From the NCBI GenBank assembly GCA_964475315.1, contig CAYYWE010000001.1, forward strand, positions 3,210-31,978: DNA of 28,769 nt. The letters run 5' to 3'. Positions 28,310 through 28,769 of the stretch are shown in pieces. Position 1 is the stretch's first letter; every line of letters begins with the position of its first letter. Below the pieces are notes generated by a model, which did not search any database, was not told the DNA's origin, and saw nothing but the letters and a program-made list of their open reading frames with translations. Both the position numbers and the translations under genes were made by a program. The stretch is from an uncultured Eubacteriales bacterium (GTDB lineage: Bacteria > Bacillota > Clostridia > Oscillospirales > Acutalibacteraceae).

Positions 28310-28630
28310 GTGAATAATAAATTATTATGTTTTTTGGGTTTGACTAGAAAGTCTGGAAATTTGTATTTGGGCATGAATACAGTAAAAAATAATTTAAAAA
28401 AAATTTTATTAATATTAGTCACGAAAGATATTTCTGAAAATTCTTTTGAAGAAATAAATTTTATATCTAGAAAAAATAACATAAATATAAAAAAAATTAA
28501 TTATATTAAAGATGATATAAATATTTATATTGGTAAATATAGTGCGGTAATTGGAGTTTCAGATAAAAATTTTGTAGATAAAATAAATAATTTAATATCT
28601 CAGGAGGAATTACATGATACAAAAATATAG
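28310..28630 (+). CDS. ylxQ: L7Ae-family RNA-binding protein YlxQ
   Basis: LLCFLGLTRKSG.L..G...VK...KK..LILVTKDIS.NS pattern; position between ylxR and infB. Confidence 0.85.
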   Translation: MNNKLLCFLGLTRKSGNLYLGMNTVKNNLKKILLILVTKDISENSFEEINFISRKNNINIKKINYIKDDINIYIGKYSAVIGVSDKNFVDKINNLISQEELHDTKI

Positions 28631-28769
28631 AGTACATGAAATCGCAAAAGACTTTGGGGTACAAAGTAAAGATATAACAGAAATTATAAAAAAATATACT
28701 GGCGAAGAAAAAAAGCACATGGCTGCTCTTACATAACATGCACTTAATATAGTTTTTGAATATTTTTCA
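28614..28769 (+). CDS. infB: Translation initiation factor IF-2, 5' fragment (runs off the window) with in-frame TAA at codon 41
   Basis: AGGAGG at 28602-28607, ATG 28614, MIQKYRVHEIAKDFGVQSKDITEIIKKY..E.KKHMAALT*HALNIVFEYFS matches the IF2 N-terminal domain; canonical operon position. Confidence 0.88.

Noticed and set aside
28734-28736. TAA reassignment (alternative genetic code) to explain the infB stop
   Set aside because: gyrB, polC, rseP, ispG, nusA and others end normally at TAA, and no other conserved gene needs TAA read-through.

Overview
Strongly AT-rich Clostridia-type chromosome segment, most likely Oscillospirales (Ruminococcaceae/Acutalibacteraceae-like); the lineage is inferred from gene content and protein style. 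Left part, minus strand: gerKB-like (partial), gerKA-like, nested IS5-family (ISL2-type) relics, gyrB without gyrA, a CxxC-x19-CxxC membrane protein, remB (DUF370) and a SpoVB/MurJ-family flippase. Centre: a three-gene module bracketed by two more IS relics. It encodes a putative pseudokinase-TM-LysM protein, divergent from a 4-TM beta-propeller/sensor-HAMP receptor whose class III cyclase domain lacks all catalytic residues, followed by a membrane-anchored MORN-repeat protein. This is the best candidate for an undescribed envelope signalling system. Next come an LCP transferase and a 904-aa orphan. The right part is the conserved rseP-ispG-polC-(secreted orphan)-rimP-nusA-ylxR-ylxQ-infB block, with an apparent frameshift at the start of ylxR and an in-frame TAA at codon 41 of infB near the window end. 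No rRNA, tRNA or CRISPR array was seen. All family calls come from motif recognition by eye; no searches were run.
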